From contig CAZXRC010000004.1 in NCBI GenBank assembly GCA_964642475.1, forward strand, positions 4,604 to 68,603: a stretch of 64,000 nucleotides of DNA, given 5' to 3'. This stretch comes from an uncultured Gemmatimonadaceae bacterium. GTDB taxonomy: Bacteria > Gemmatimonadota > Gemmatimonadetes > Gemmatimonadales > GWC2-71-9. Under the pieces are notes generated by a model. It made no database searches. It worked only from the letters and a program-made list of their open reading frames with translations, and was not told where the DNA came from. This document shows, one piece after another, positions 56,083-64,000 of this stretch. The position numbers and the translations under genes were made by a program. Each line of letters starts with the position of its first letter. Position 1 is the stretch's first letter.

Positions 56083-56983
56083 CGGTGCCTCCCGCGGCTT
56101 CGCGCCAGGCTTCGAGCAGACTGCGGGCCCGGTGCACGTGGGAGGTGGCGGCGGCGCGGTCGGGCCGGACCCGGGCGAACTTCACCAGGTCGGCGTCTCC
56201 CAGCAGCACTTCGCAGCGCCGGGCGAGGTCCCCGGCCGCGAGCGCGGCGGGCAGCCGCGGCGGCACCTCCGGCGTGGTGAGCCCCTGATGGGGCAGCGCC
56301 CCCACTTCGACCAGGGTCTCCCGCACCAGCTCGGCCACGTTATCGAAGAGCGGGACGATACCGTTCCCACTCGCCTGGCTCGCCGTTTCCAGCGCCGCCA
56401 GCCTCGCCAGGGCCGCGTCGAAGGGTCCGGCTGGAATGGCCTCGGGCGGCCCGGCCGTCGGCCGGGCCTTGACGCGGCCGCGTTGCCAGAGCCAGAAGAC
56501 CCCGGCACCCACCATCGCGAGGAGGATCGTCAGTGGCAGGAGGACCGGCCCGCCGAGGAGCCGAAGGGGGCGGATGTCCTTGATTTCCTGATTGCCCGCG
56601 GGCAGGATCGGCTCGATCTCGATCGCGAGGGGCGCGTGAACCAGGGTATCGGCCGGGGCGCTGGCGTCGGGGCGGTAGAGCAGGGCCAGGGTCGGCACCG
56701 GCTGCTTCCCGATCCGGTAGAAGGCCATGCGCACGTCGCCGCGATATTCGCCGCCGCGCACCCGGCGCAGCGTATCGGTCGACACGATCCGCATCCCCTC
56801 CGGCGGTGGCAGCAGGGTGCGGGGCGAGAGGTCGAGGAGCTGCCAGCCCTGGGGGAGTCGGACCGTGAGATGCATCGTGAGCACGTCGCCCACATTGGCC
56901 TTGAGCTGGTCCGGCACGAGGTCGAGACTCTGGGCCACCGCCTGGGCGGGCAGCAGCAGGAAAAACAGCGGGAGCCGGCGCAT
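56069..56983 (-). CDS. secreted/membrane protein, DUF4381-like with BatD-like N-terminal region
   Basis: Trimmed to ATG 56983 (MRRLPLFFLLLPAQAVAQ). Central TM (VLLPLTILLAMVGAGVFWLW). The position between DUF58 and BatA matches the known Bat-operon order. Family call is tentative. Confidence 0.5.
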   Translation of the reverse strand: MRRLPLFFLLLPAQAVAQSLDLVPDQLKANVGDVLTMHLTVRLPQGWQLLDLSPRTLLPPPEGMRIVSTDTLRRVRGGEYRGDVRMAFYRIGKQPVPTLALLYRPDASAPADTLVHAPLAIEIEPILPAGNQEIKDIRPLRLLGGPVLLPLTILLAMVGAGVFWLWQRGRVKARPTAGPPEAIPAGPFDAALARLAALETASQASGNGIVPLFDNVAELVRETLVEVGALPHQGLTTPEVPPRLPAALAAGDLARRCEVLLGDADLVKFARVRPDRAAATSHVHRARSLLEAWREAAGGTGAVR

Positions 56984-56985
56984 AG

Positions 56986-57864
56986 CTAGAGCCGGCGCCG
57001 TTCCCGGCGGCTGAAGAACGCCGCCAGCCGTTCGCCGTAGGGGTGATCGGTATCGAGCCGCAGCAGGTCCACCCCGGCGCGGTTGCAGTGCAGGGCAAAG
57101 GCCTCGTCGAACGCGGCCCGGGCCGCGCGGTAGCCGTCGCGAAGGCCCGGCTCGTCGGCGTCGACCACTTCCCAGTGGCCGGTCTCCGGGTCGAACAGCG
57201 TCACCAGCCCCACGCCGGGGAGTTCCCGCTCGCGCGGGTCGGTGAGCTGCATGGCCATGACATCGTGGCGGTGCGCCAGGCGATCCAGGGCCGGCCACTG
57301 GGAACGGTCGAGGAAGTCGGAGAGGAGCACCACGGCGGCGCGCTGGCGCAGGACCGGCTCAAGGTAGTCGAGGGTGCCGTTGAGATCGGTGCCACGCCCG
57401 GTGGGCTCGAAGGCCAGAACCTGGCTCACCACGGTGAGGGCCTGACGCCGCCCGCTCTTGGGCGGGGCGAACCATTCGATCCGGTCGCTGTAGAACACCG
57501 CCCCCACCCGGTCGCGGTGGCGGGTCGCGGCGAGCGCGAGGACCGCCGCCACTTCGGCCGCCAGCTCCCGCTTGGTGCGGGTGGTGCTCCCGAACCCGCT
57601 CGAGGCGCTCAGGTCCACCAGCAGGAGCAGGGTGAGCTGGCGCTCCTCGTGGAAGCGCTTCACGTAGGGGGTGCCGAGCCGGGCGGTGACGTTCCAGTCG
57701 ATGGTGCGGACATCGTCACCGGGCAGGTATTCCCGCACCTCGGCGAACTCGACCCCACGGCCCCGGAAGGTGCTGGTGTAGTCGCCCGCCACCAGATCGC
57801 GCACCAGCTCCCGGGTGGTAAGCTCGATGCGCTTGACCTCGCGGAGCAGTTCGGCCGGTGTCAC
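56986..57864 (-). CDS. DUF58 domain-containing protein
   Basis: GTG 57864 overlaps the MoxR stop. REYLPGDDVRTIDWNVTARLGTPYVKRF and LLVDLSASS are typical of DUF58. Confidence 0.85.
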   Translation of the reverse strand: MTPAELLREVKRIELTTRELVRDLVAGDYTSTFRGRGVEFAEVREYLPGDDVRTIDWNVTARLGTPYVKRFHEERQLTLLLLVDLSASSGFGSTTRTKRELAAEVAAVLALAATRHRDRVGAVFYSDRIEWFAPPKSGRRQALTVVSQVLAFEPTGRGTDLNGTLDYLEPVLRQRAAVVLLSDFLDRSQWPALDRLAHRHDVMAMQLTDPRERELPGVGLVTLFDPETGHWEVVDADEPGLRDGYRAARAAFDEAFALHCNRAGVDLLRLDTDHPYGERLAAFFSRRERRRL

Positions 57865-58886
57865 GGAATCGGGACGGCGGCCAGGACCCGGTCCAGCATC
57901 TGGTCCGAGGTCACGCCATCGGCCTCGGCCTGGTAGGTGGGGATGAGGCGGTGCCGCAGGGTGTCGGGGACCATGACCTTGACGTCTTCCGGCAGGACGT
58001 AGGCCCGTCCGGCGAGAAACGCGTGGGCCTTGGCGGCCTTCACCAGGTAGATGCCGGCCCGGGGCGAGGCGCCGAACTGGATCAGCGTCTCCAGCTCGTT
58101 CAGCTTCCATTTGCCCGGTTCCCGCGTCGCCGCCACGACGTCGAGCACGTACTCCTTGATCCGGTCGTCGACGTAGAGCCCGCGGACGATGTCCCGGGCC
58201 CGGAGCACCCGGTCGGGATGCAGCACCACCCGGGCGCTGGGTTCCTCGGTGTCGGTCATCCGGTCGATGATCTCGCGCTCCTCCATCCGGCTGGGATAGC
58301 TCACCAGCAGCTTGAAGAGGAACCGGTCGACCTGGGCCTCGGGCAGCGGATAGGTCCCCTCGTGCTCCAGCGGGTTCTGGGTCGCGAGCACCAGGAAGAG
58401 GCTCGGCAGCCGGTGGGTCTCGCCGCCGATGGTGACCTGCTTCTCCTGCATCGACTCAAGCAGCGCGCTCTGCACCTTGGCCGGGGCCCGGTTCACCTCA
58501 TCCGCCAGCAGGATGTTGGTGAAGATCGGCCCCTTCTGCACCGTGAAGTCGCCGGAACGCTGGTTGTAGATCAACGTGCCGATCAGGTCGGCGGGCAGCA
58601 GGTCGGGGGTGAACTGGACCCGGCGGCAGTCGCAGTCCATCGTGGCGGAGAGGGTCCGGACCGCCAGGGTCTTGGCCAGACCGGGCAGCCCCTCCAGGAG
58701 GATGTGCCCGTCGGCCAGCAGGCCGATGAGCAGCCGCTCCAGCAGGACCTGCTGCCCCACGATCACTTTGCCGATCTCGGCGAGGACGTCGCGGAACACG
58801 GCGCTTTCCCGGGCGATTTCTGGAGCGCGGGCCAGCGCCGAGTCAGGACCGAATCTGGAGAGGGCGCCGCTCGTGGCTGTGGTCAT
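57861..58886 (-). CDS. MoxR family AAA+ ATPase
   Basis: Trimmed to ATG 58886. Walker A LEGLPGLAKT, Walker B ILLADEVNRA, VLATQNPLEHEGTYPLPEAQVDRF. Confidence 0.9.
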   Translation of the reverse strand: MTTATSGALSRFGPDSALARAPEIARESAVFRDVLAEIGKVIVGQQVLLERLLIGLLADGHILLEGLPGLAKTLAVRTLSATMDCDCRRVQFTPDLLPADLIGTLIYNQRSGDFTVQKGPIFTNILLADEVNRAPAKVQSALLESMQEKQVTIGGETHRLPSLFLVLATQNPLEHEGTYPLPEAQVDRFLFKLLVSYPSRMEEREIIDRMTDTEEPSARVVLHPDRVLRARDIVRGLYVDDRIKEYVLDVVAATREPGKWKLNELETLIQFGASPRAGIYLVKAAKAHAFLAGRAYVLPEDVKVMVPDTLRHRLIPTYQAEADGVTSDQMLDRVLAAVPIP

Positions 58887-58992
58887 GCGGTCGGAGTCCT
58901 TGGGGGCAGGGAGCATAAGTATACACCGCCCCGTCCACCCCGAAACGAGGCCACTCTTGTACACACGCCGACCCCGGCTACACTGTTGGGGC

Positions 58993-59736
58993 ATGACCCC
59001 CGCCGGCGACAGCGCCCCCCATGGCTTTCCCACTACCCGGGTGTCGGTGGTGGCGGCGGCGGCGGGCGCCGACCCCGACGCCCGTGGCCGCGCGCTGGCC
59101 ACGCTGGTCGACGTCTACTGGCGGCCCTGCTACATCCATCTCCGTCTCAAGTGGGGCCTGGTGCGGGAGGAGGCGGAGGACCTGACCCAGGAGTTCTTTG
59201 TCCGGAGCCTCGACGGCGGTTTCTTCGAGCGGTTCGATCCGGCCCGGGCCCGCTTTCGCACCTTTCTCCGGAGTGCGCTCGACCACCTGGCGGCCAACGC
59301 CCGTCGGGCCGAGCAGCGGCTCAAGCGCGGCGCCGGCGTCGTCCACCTCTCGCTCGATTTCGCGGCGGCGGAACAGGATCTCGCCTTCGCCGCGGCGGCG
59401 GAGGATCCCGACGAGCGCTTCCACCGCGAGTGGGTTCGGAGCCTGTTCGTGGTGGCGGTCGAAGCGCTGGAAGCGCACGCGGCCGCACTGGGCCACAGCA
59501 CCCGATTCCGGGTCTTCTCACGGGCCGATCTCGAGCCGGTCGAGGGCGGCCCGCGGCCGTCCTACCGTGACCTCGCGGAGGAGTTCGATCTGCCGCTGAC
59601 CCAGGTGACCAATCACCTGGCCTGGGCCCGGCGGGAGTTCCGCCGCATCGTGCTGGAGCGGCTCCGCGCTCTGACCGGCAGTGAGGCCGAGTACCGCGCC
59701 GAGGCCCGCGAACTCTTCGGGATGGACCCCCCATGA
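58993..59736 (+). CDS. ECF-type sigma-70 family factor
   Basis: Trimmed to ATG 58993. Region-2-like YWRPCYIHLRLKWGLVREEAEDLTQEFF and region-4-like DLAEEFDLPLTQVTNHLAWARREFRRIV. ATGA overlap with the kinase start. Confidence 0.65.
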   Translation: MTPAGDSAPHGFPTTRVSVVAAAAGADPDARGRALATLVDVYWRPCYIHLRLKWGLVREEAEDLTQEFFVRSLDGGFFERFDPARARFRTFLRSALDHLAANARRAEQRLKRGAGVVHLSLDFAAAEQDLAFAAAAEDPDERFHREWVRSLFVVAVEALEAHAAALGHSTRFRVFSRADLEPVEGGPRPSYRDLAEEFDLPLTQVTNHLAWARREFRRIVLERLRALTGSEAEYRAEARELFGMDPP

Positions 59737-60695
59737 CCCGTCTCACGGATGCGGCGGTGGCGCACCTGCGCCGGGTTGCCGACTGGCCCGAGCTGCCCGG
59801 CGAGCGCTTCGAGGTGCAGGAGGCGATCGGCCAGGGTGGAATGGGGACGGTCTACCGCGCCCGCGACCGGGTGCTCGATCGCGACGTGGCTCTCAAGGTC
59901 CTGCGGCCGGAGATCGCCGGCCACGATTGGGCAGTGCGACTCGAGCGTGAGGCCAGGGTCCTCGCCCGGCTGGAGCACCCCGGCGTGGTGCCGGTGCACG
60001 ACGTGGGAACCCTGGTCGATGGCCGGGTCTACTACCTCATGAAGCTGGTCCGGGGCGAGCGACTCGATGTCCTGGCCCGGTCGGCCTCGCTCGCGGCCCG
60101 GCTCAGGCTCTTTCTCCGGGTCCTGGACACCGTCGCCTTCGCGCATGCCAACGGGGTGGTGCATCGCGACCTCAAGCCCTCCAACATCATGGTGGGGAGT
60201 TTCGGCGAAGTCATGGTCCTCGACTGGGGCATCGCCAAGCTGGGCGAGGGCGAGGTGATGCCGCCTGGCACGCCGGCCCCCGCCCGCCCGACCGACGGTG
60301 ACACCGCGCCCGGCACCATTCTCGGGACCCCGGGGTTCATGGCGCCGGAGCAGGCCTCGGGGGCGGTCCACCTTGTGGGGCCCCGGACCGACATCTTCGC
60401 TCTGGGCGCCATCCTCCATGCTCTGATCACCGACGATTCGCCGGGACCCCCGCCACGGCCGCTCAGCGCCATCGCCAGTCGCGCCTCGTCGCCCGACCTC
60501 GACGCCCGTTTCGCGTCGGTGTCGGAGCTCTCGGCCGAGGTGACCCGGTTCCTCGACGGAGAGCAGGTCCAGTCGTACCGGGAGCCGCTGCACGAGCGCC
60601 TCGGTCGGTGGTATGTCCGCTACCAGACCCCGATCCTCCTGGTGCTGGCCTACCTGACGATGCGCCTGCTGTTTCTGGTCTCGCGGGGGCTCTAG
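59733..60695 (+). CDS. Ser/Thr protein kinase with C-terminal TM anchor
   Basis: GQGGMGTVY, VALKVL, HRDLKPSNIMV, DWGIAK, GTPGFMAPEQ. C-terminal hydrophobic ILLVLAYLTMRLLFLV. Confidence 0.9.
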   Translation: MTRLTDAAVAHLRRVADWPELPGERFEVQEAIGQGGMGTVYRARDRVLDRDVALKVLRPEIAGHDWAVRLEREARVLARLEHPGVVPVHDVGTLVDGRVYYLMKLVRGERLDVLARSASLAARLRLFLRVLDTVAFAHANGVVHRDLKPSNIMVGSFGEVMVLDWGIAKLGEGEVMPPGTPAPARPTDGDTAPGTILGTPGFMAPEQASGAVHLVGPRTDIFALGAILHALITDDSPGPPPRPLSAIASRASSPDLDARFASVSELSAEVTRFLDGEQVQSYREPLHERLGRWYVRYQTPILLVLAYLTMRLLFLVSRGL

Positions 60696-60777
60696 CCGCC
60701 CGGCACGTAATGGATCCGGCCGGGACGGGTAATGGGATGTCGAGGGAATCACCGCCACCTTTTCCAAGGACACGCTC

Positions 60778-61140
60778 ATGAACAAGCCTGTGCTCGGCCT
60801 GGTCCTCGGCGGCGCGCTGGGGGCGCTCGACGGTCTCACGGCGCTTTTTTCGGCCCCGGAGGTCGCTCCCCAGATCATGGGGATTGTGATCGGGTCGATG
60901 GGCAAGGGACTGGTGGCCGGGATCCTGATCGGTTGGATCTCCAGGAAGGTGAACTCCCTCCCGCTGGGCCTGGTGATCGGGTTGGGGTTGGGGGCGCTGT
61001 TCGCGCTGCCCTTCGCGCTGGCCGTCGATCCTGCCTCCGGCAAACGCTATTTCTGGGAGATCATGATTCCCGGCTCGATGGTCGGGTTGATCGTGGGCTA
61101 CGCCACCCAGAAGTACGGGACCAGGCCGCGCGTGGCGTGA
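60778..61140 (+). CDS. hypothetical small membrane protein (about 4 TM)
   Basis: Gly-rich hydrophobic segments. No family recognised; weak RBS. Confidence 0.45.
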   Translation: MNKPVLGLVLGGALGALDGLTALFSAPEVAPQIMGIVIGSMGKGLVAGILIGWISRKVNSLPLGLVIGLGLGALFALPFALAVDPASGKRYFWEIMIPGSMVGLIVGYATQKYGTRPRVA

Positions 61141-61174
61141 GCAACCACCACTTCCCCCACCAGGAGGACCGGTC

Positions 61175-61543
61175 ATGCCCCGTCCGATGCATTTCGAGAT
61201 CCCGGCAGACGATACCGGGCGCGCCGCCCAGTTCTACCAGAAGGTCTTTGGCTGGAAGTTCCAGAAGTGGGAGGGCCCGATGCCCTACTGGCTGGTGGGC
61301 ACCGGCGAGGGATCGCCGGGCATCGATGGCGGACTCCATCCCCGGGCTCATCCGGGGCAGCGGGGCACGGTGAATACGATCGACGTGCCGTCGTGCGATG
61401 AGTTCGTCCGCAAAGTGGAGTCGGCCGGGGGCGCGGTGGCGGTGCCCAAAATGGCGATTCCCGGCATGGGATGGCTGGCCTACTGTACCGATACCGAGGG
61501 GAACACCTTCGGCGTCATGCAGATGGACCCCCAGGCCGCCTGA
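61175..61543 (+). CDS. VOC (glyoxalase/bleomycin-resistance fold) family protein
   Basis: AGGAGG RBS. MHFEIPADD...FYQKVFGWKF...GWLAYCTDTEGNTFGVMQ. Confidence 0.8.
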   Translation: MPRPMHFEIPADDTGRAAQFYQKVFGWKFQKWEGPMPYWLVGTGEGSPGIDGGLHPRAHPGQRGTVNTIDVPSCDEFVRKVESAGGAVAVPKMAIPGMGWLAYCTDTEGNTFGVMQMDPQAA

Positions 61544-61589
61544 GCGCGCCGTCGTCCGTCGCGCACGGCCGGGGCCTCACCGCCAGGGC

Positions 61590-62687
61590 TCAGGTGTTGA
61601 AGCGGAACAGCATCACGTCGCCGTCCTTCACGACGTATTCCTTGCCCTCGGCCCGGGAGAGGCCCTGGTCCCGCGCCGGCTTCCAGCCGCCGACCCGCAC
61701 GAAGTCGGCATAGGCCACGGTTTCGGCCTTGATGAACCCCTTCTCGAAATCGGAGTGGATCACCCCGGCGGCCTGGGGGGCGCGGTCGCCGCGGTGGATG
61801 GTCCAGGCCCGCACTTCTTTCTCGCCGGCGGTGAAGTAGCTCTGGAGGCCGAGCAGGTGATAGGCTGCGTGCGCCAGCCGGTCGAGTCCCGACTCGGTAG
61901 CGCCGAGGGAGGCGAGAAATTCGGCCCGGTCTTCGACCGGCAGCTCGGCCAGCTCGGCCTCCACTTTGCCGGAGAAGATCACGATCTCCGCCTCCTCGCC
62001 GTCCCGCGCCACCGCCGCGCGCAGCGCCTCGACGTGGCGATTGCCGGTGGAGAGCTCGCCTTCGAGCACGTTGGCGGCGTACAGCACCGGCTTCGACGTC
62101 AGCAGGTTGAAGGCGCGGTAGGTGGGCGTCTCTTCCTCGGCGGGCCGCACGGTGCGGGCCGCTTTGCCATCCGCCAAGGCCTCCTTGAGCCGGGTGAGGA
62201 GCCGGGTCTCCAGCTTGGCCTGGGCGTCGCCCGACTTGGCGGCGCGCGCTGACTTGTCGAGGCGCTTCTCGACCGAGGCGAGATCAGCCAGCTGGAGCTC
62301 GATGTTGATCACCTCGCGGTCCCGGGCCGGGTCCACCGAGGTCATCACGTGCTGCACGTCCTCATCCTCGAAGCAGCGCACCACATGGACGATCGCATCG
62401 ACCTCGCGGATGTTGGCGAGGAACTGGTTGCCCAGGCCTTCGCCTTTGCTCGCTCCCTTTACCAGGCCGGCGATGTCGACGAATTCCACCGCCGCCGGTA
62501 CGGTCCGCTCCGGGTTCACGATCCGGGCCAGCTCGGCGAGTCGCGGATCGGGCACGGTCACGACGCCGGTGTTGGGCTCGATGGTCGCGAACGGATAGTT
62601 GGCCACCAGCGCCCCCGCCGAGGTGAGGGCGTTGAAAAGCGTGGACTTGCCGACGTTGGGGAGACCGACGATGCCTAGGCGAAGCAT
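61590..62687 (-). CDS. ychF: redox-regulated ribosome-binding ATPase YchF
   Basis: LGIVGLPNVGKSTLFNALT; C-terminal TGS-like ...GKEYVVKDGDVMLFRFN. Confidence 0.95.
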   Translation of the reverse strand: MLRLGIVGLPNVGKSTLFNALTSAGALVANYPFATIEPNTGVVTVPDPRLAELARIVNPERTVPAAVEFVDIAGLVKGASKGEGLGNQFLANIREVDAIVHVVRCFEDEDVQHVMTSVDPARDREVINIELQLADLASVEKRLDKSARAAKSGDAQAKLETRLLTRLKEALADGKAARTVRPAEEETPTYRAFNLLTSKPVLYAANVLEGELSTGNRHVEALRAAVARDGEEAEIVIFSGKVEAELAELPVEDRAEFLASLGATESGLDRLAHAAYHLLGLQSYFTAGEKEVRAWTIHRGDRAPQAAGVIHSDFEKGFIKAETVAYADFVRVGGWKPARDQGLSRAEGKEYVVKDGDVMLFRFNT

Positions 62688-62694
62688 GGGGCCT

Positions 62695-62811
62695 TTGGCC
62701 GTTGGCCGTTGGCCATTGGCCGCTGTAGCTGGTTGGGCGCGTGCGAGCGCGTTATCTGGGAAACCATGTATGACATCGTACTACCAACGGCCAACGGCCA
62801 ATGGCTAACGG
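62695..62811. repeat. inverted arrays of heptamers (TTGGCCG)4 ... (CCAACGG)4 between pth and ychF
   Basis: Left arm 62695-62722: TTGGCCG TTGGCCG TTGGCCA TTGGCCG. A 61-nt spacer follows. Right arm 62784-62811: CCAACGG CCAACGG CCAATGG CTAACGG. The pth stop codon lies inside the right arm. Confidence 0.85.
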
Positions 62812-63374
62812 CTATTGAACCGGTTCATTGCCACTTCGATCCCGTCGCTGAGCCAGCATTCGATGGCCTGGCACATCGGGTCGAGCAGGTCCTCCACCAC
62901 CGCCCGCTCCTCGGGGGGGAACGGTTCCAGCACGAAGTCGGCGGTGTCGCGGGTGCCCGCCGGCAGCGGGCCGATCCCGATCCGGAGCCGGGCGTAATCC
63001 TGCCGCCGGAGCGCTCCCTCGATGCTCTTGAGACCGTTGTGCCCCCCGGCCGACCCCGCGCCCCGGAGGCGGAACTTGCCGAGCGGCAAGGCGAAGTCGT
63101 CGGTGACGACGAGCAGGTCCTGCGCCGGGTCGAACCCCGGAAGCGAACGGAGCGAGGCCAGCGCGGCCCCGCTCCGGTTCATGTAGGTCTGCGGCTTGAT
63201 CAGGGTCACGGGGCGACCCAGGGCGCTGCCCTGCGCCTCGCGGGCGGCCGGCACCCGCCGAAAGGGCGGGAGCTTCCAGCGCGCGGCCAGGCGGTCGACC
63301 AAGAGAAACCCGGCATTGTGCCGGGTATTCTCGTACTCCGAGCCTGGGTTGCCGAGACCGACGATGGCTCGCAG
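62805..63374 (-). CDS. pth: peptidyl-tRNA hydrolase (apparent CTG start)
   Basis: The conserved N-terminus AIVGLGNPGSEYENTRHNAGF lies upstream of the first ATG/GTG. The only in-frame candidates after the upstream TAA are CTG 63374 (AAGGAG 6 nt upstream) and ATC. Confidence 0.85.
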   Translation of the reverse strand: MRAIVGLGNPGSEYENTRHNAGFLLVDRLAARWKLPPFRRVPAAREAQGSALGRPVTLIKPQTYMNRSGAALASLRSLPGFDPAQDLLVVTDDFALPLGKFRLRGAGSAGGHNGLKSIEGALRRQDYARLRIGIGPLPAGTRDTADFVLEPFPPEERAVVEDLLDPMCQAIECWLSDGIEVAMNRFNSR

Positions 63375-63377
63375 GTC

Positions 63378-64000
63378 TTACTCCTTCTCGGCGGCCTCGC
63401 CCTCTTCCTCGGGCTTGGGCTTGCGGATGAGCTCCGGCTCGGCCGGCGCCTCGGCCGCGGCCACGGGGGCGGCGACCTCTTCGGTCCGCGGAGCCACGCA
63501 GGAACAGACCGGCAGGTGGGGCGGATTCAGGATCTCCGCCTTCTCCACCTTCACGTCCCGAACGAAGATCGACTTGCCGATCATCAGGGTGGTGACATCC
63601 ACGTCGATGTGTGCCGGGATGTCGGCCGGGAAGACCAGGATCTCGAGGCGGTGGAGCACCTGATCCAGCACGCCGCCGAAGTTGCGCACCCCATCGGCGG
63701 TGCCCACGAGGTGGACCGGCACTTCCACCGTGATCTTCTCGTCGGCCCGGACTTCGTAGAGGTCCAGGTGCAGGATGTCGGTCTGGCGCAGCGGATGCCG
63801 CTGGATCTCGCGGATCAGCGCCTTCACCGGCGCCTGGCCCTCGATGGCGACATCGAGGATGGTGCTGGCCGCGGCGATGCCGCCCAGCAGCCGGCCCAGG
63901 CTGGCGGCGTCGACCGAGAGGGCCTCGGCGGGACGGCCGTGGCCATAGATCACCGCCGGGACGCTGCCCGAACGACGGAGCGTGCGCGCGGCGCCCTTGC
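63378..64000 (-). CDS. 50S ribosomal protein L25/general stress protein Ctc (5' end beyond window)
   Basis: ...KGAARTLRRSGSVPAVIYGHGRPAEAL...LHLDLYEV...; acidic/Ala-Pro-rich tail. The ORF runs off the window edge. Confidence 0.85.
   Translation of the reverse strand, partial: KGAARTLRRSGSVPAVIYGHGRPAEALSVDAASLGRLLGGIAAASTILDVAIEGQAPVKALIREIQRHPLRQTDILHLDLYEVRADEKITVEVPVHLVGTADGVRNFGGVLDQVLHRLEILVFPADIPAHIDVDVTTLMIGKSIFVRDVKVEKAEILNPPHLPVCSCVAPRTEEVAAPVAAAEAPAEPELIRKPKPEEEGEAAEKE

Overview
Very GC-rich bacterial chromosomal segment, with third codon positions almost all G/C. I count about 58 protein-coding genes in roughly 12 alternating strand blocks. They are tightly packed, with many 1-4 nt stop/start overlaps (ATGA, GTGA, TGATG). 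I recognised no rRNA, tRNA, CRISPR array, transposase or integrase.

Most of the content is housekeeping:
- Translation: rpmE-prfA-prmC-tmk, rpsF-rpsR, rplI, pth, ctc/L25, ychF, rsfS.
- Chromosome and transcription: smc, a compact sigma-70.
- Biosynthesis: a metY-ask-metX methionine operon and a DAHP synthase.
- Envelope and signalling: a MoxR-DUF58-BatA-BatB/C aerotolerance-type operon followed by two tandem GWxTD paralogs; an ECF sigma / Ser-Thr kinase pair; a two-component system; and a giant peptidase-like/PD40/beta-barrel outer-membrane protein.

The gene content suggests Gemmatimonadota or a related FCB-group lineage. This is inference only; no search was run.

Observations most worth a second look:
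1. A Crp-headed seven-gene, translationally coupled module in which an Mla-like transporter carries an ABC ATPase with every catalytic motif degenerate. The module ends in a pseudo-receiver/GAF/HD-GYP c-di-GMP phosphodiesterase.
2. A recurring family of 7-nt (once 8-nt) tandem-repeat arrays, often arranged as inverted arrays, in intergenic spacers. One copy sits in-frame inside a BatB-BatC fusion ORF.
3. A long metY leader with two terminator hairpins and a 30-codon Cys/Met-rich uORF.
4. A 4.7-kb cassette flanked by direct repeats, one of which is a decayed copy of the 5' end of a SPOR lipoprotein gene.
5. A sharply bounded 181-nt near-identical tract at the 3' ends of two otherwise diverged tandem GWxTD genes.

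All coordinates and identities come from reading and hand-aligning the sequence. Domain calls rest on recognisable motifs, not on database searches.
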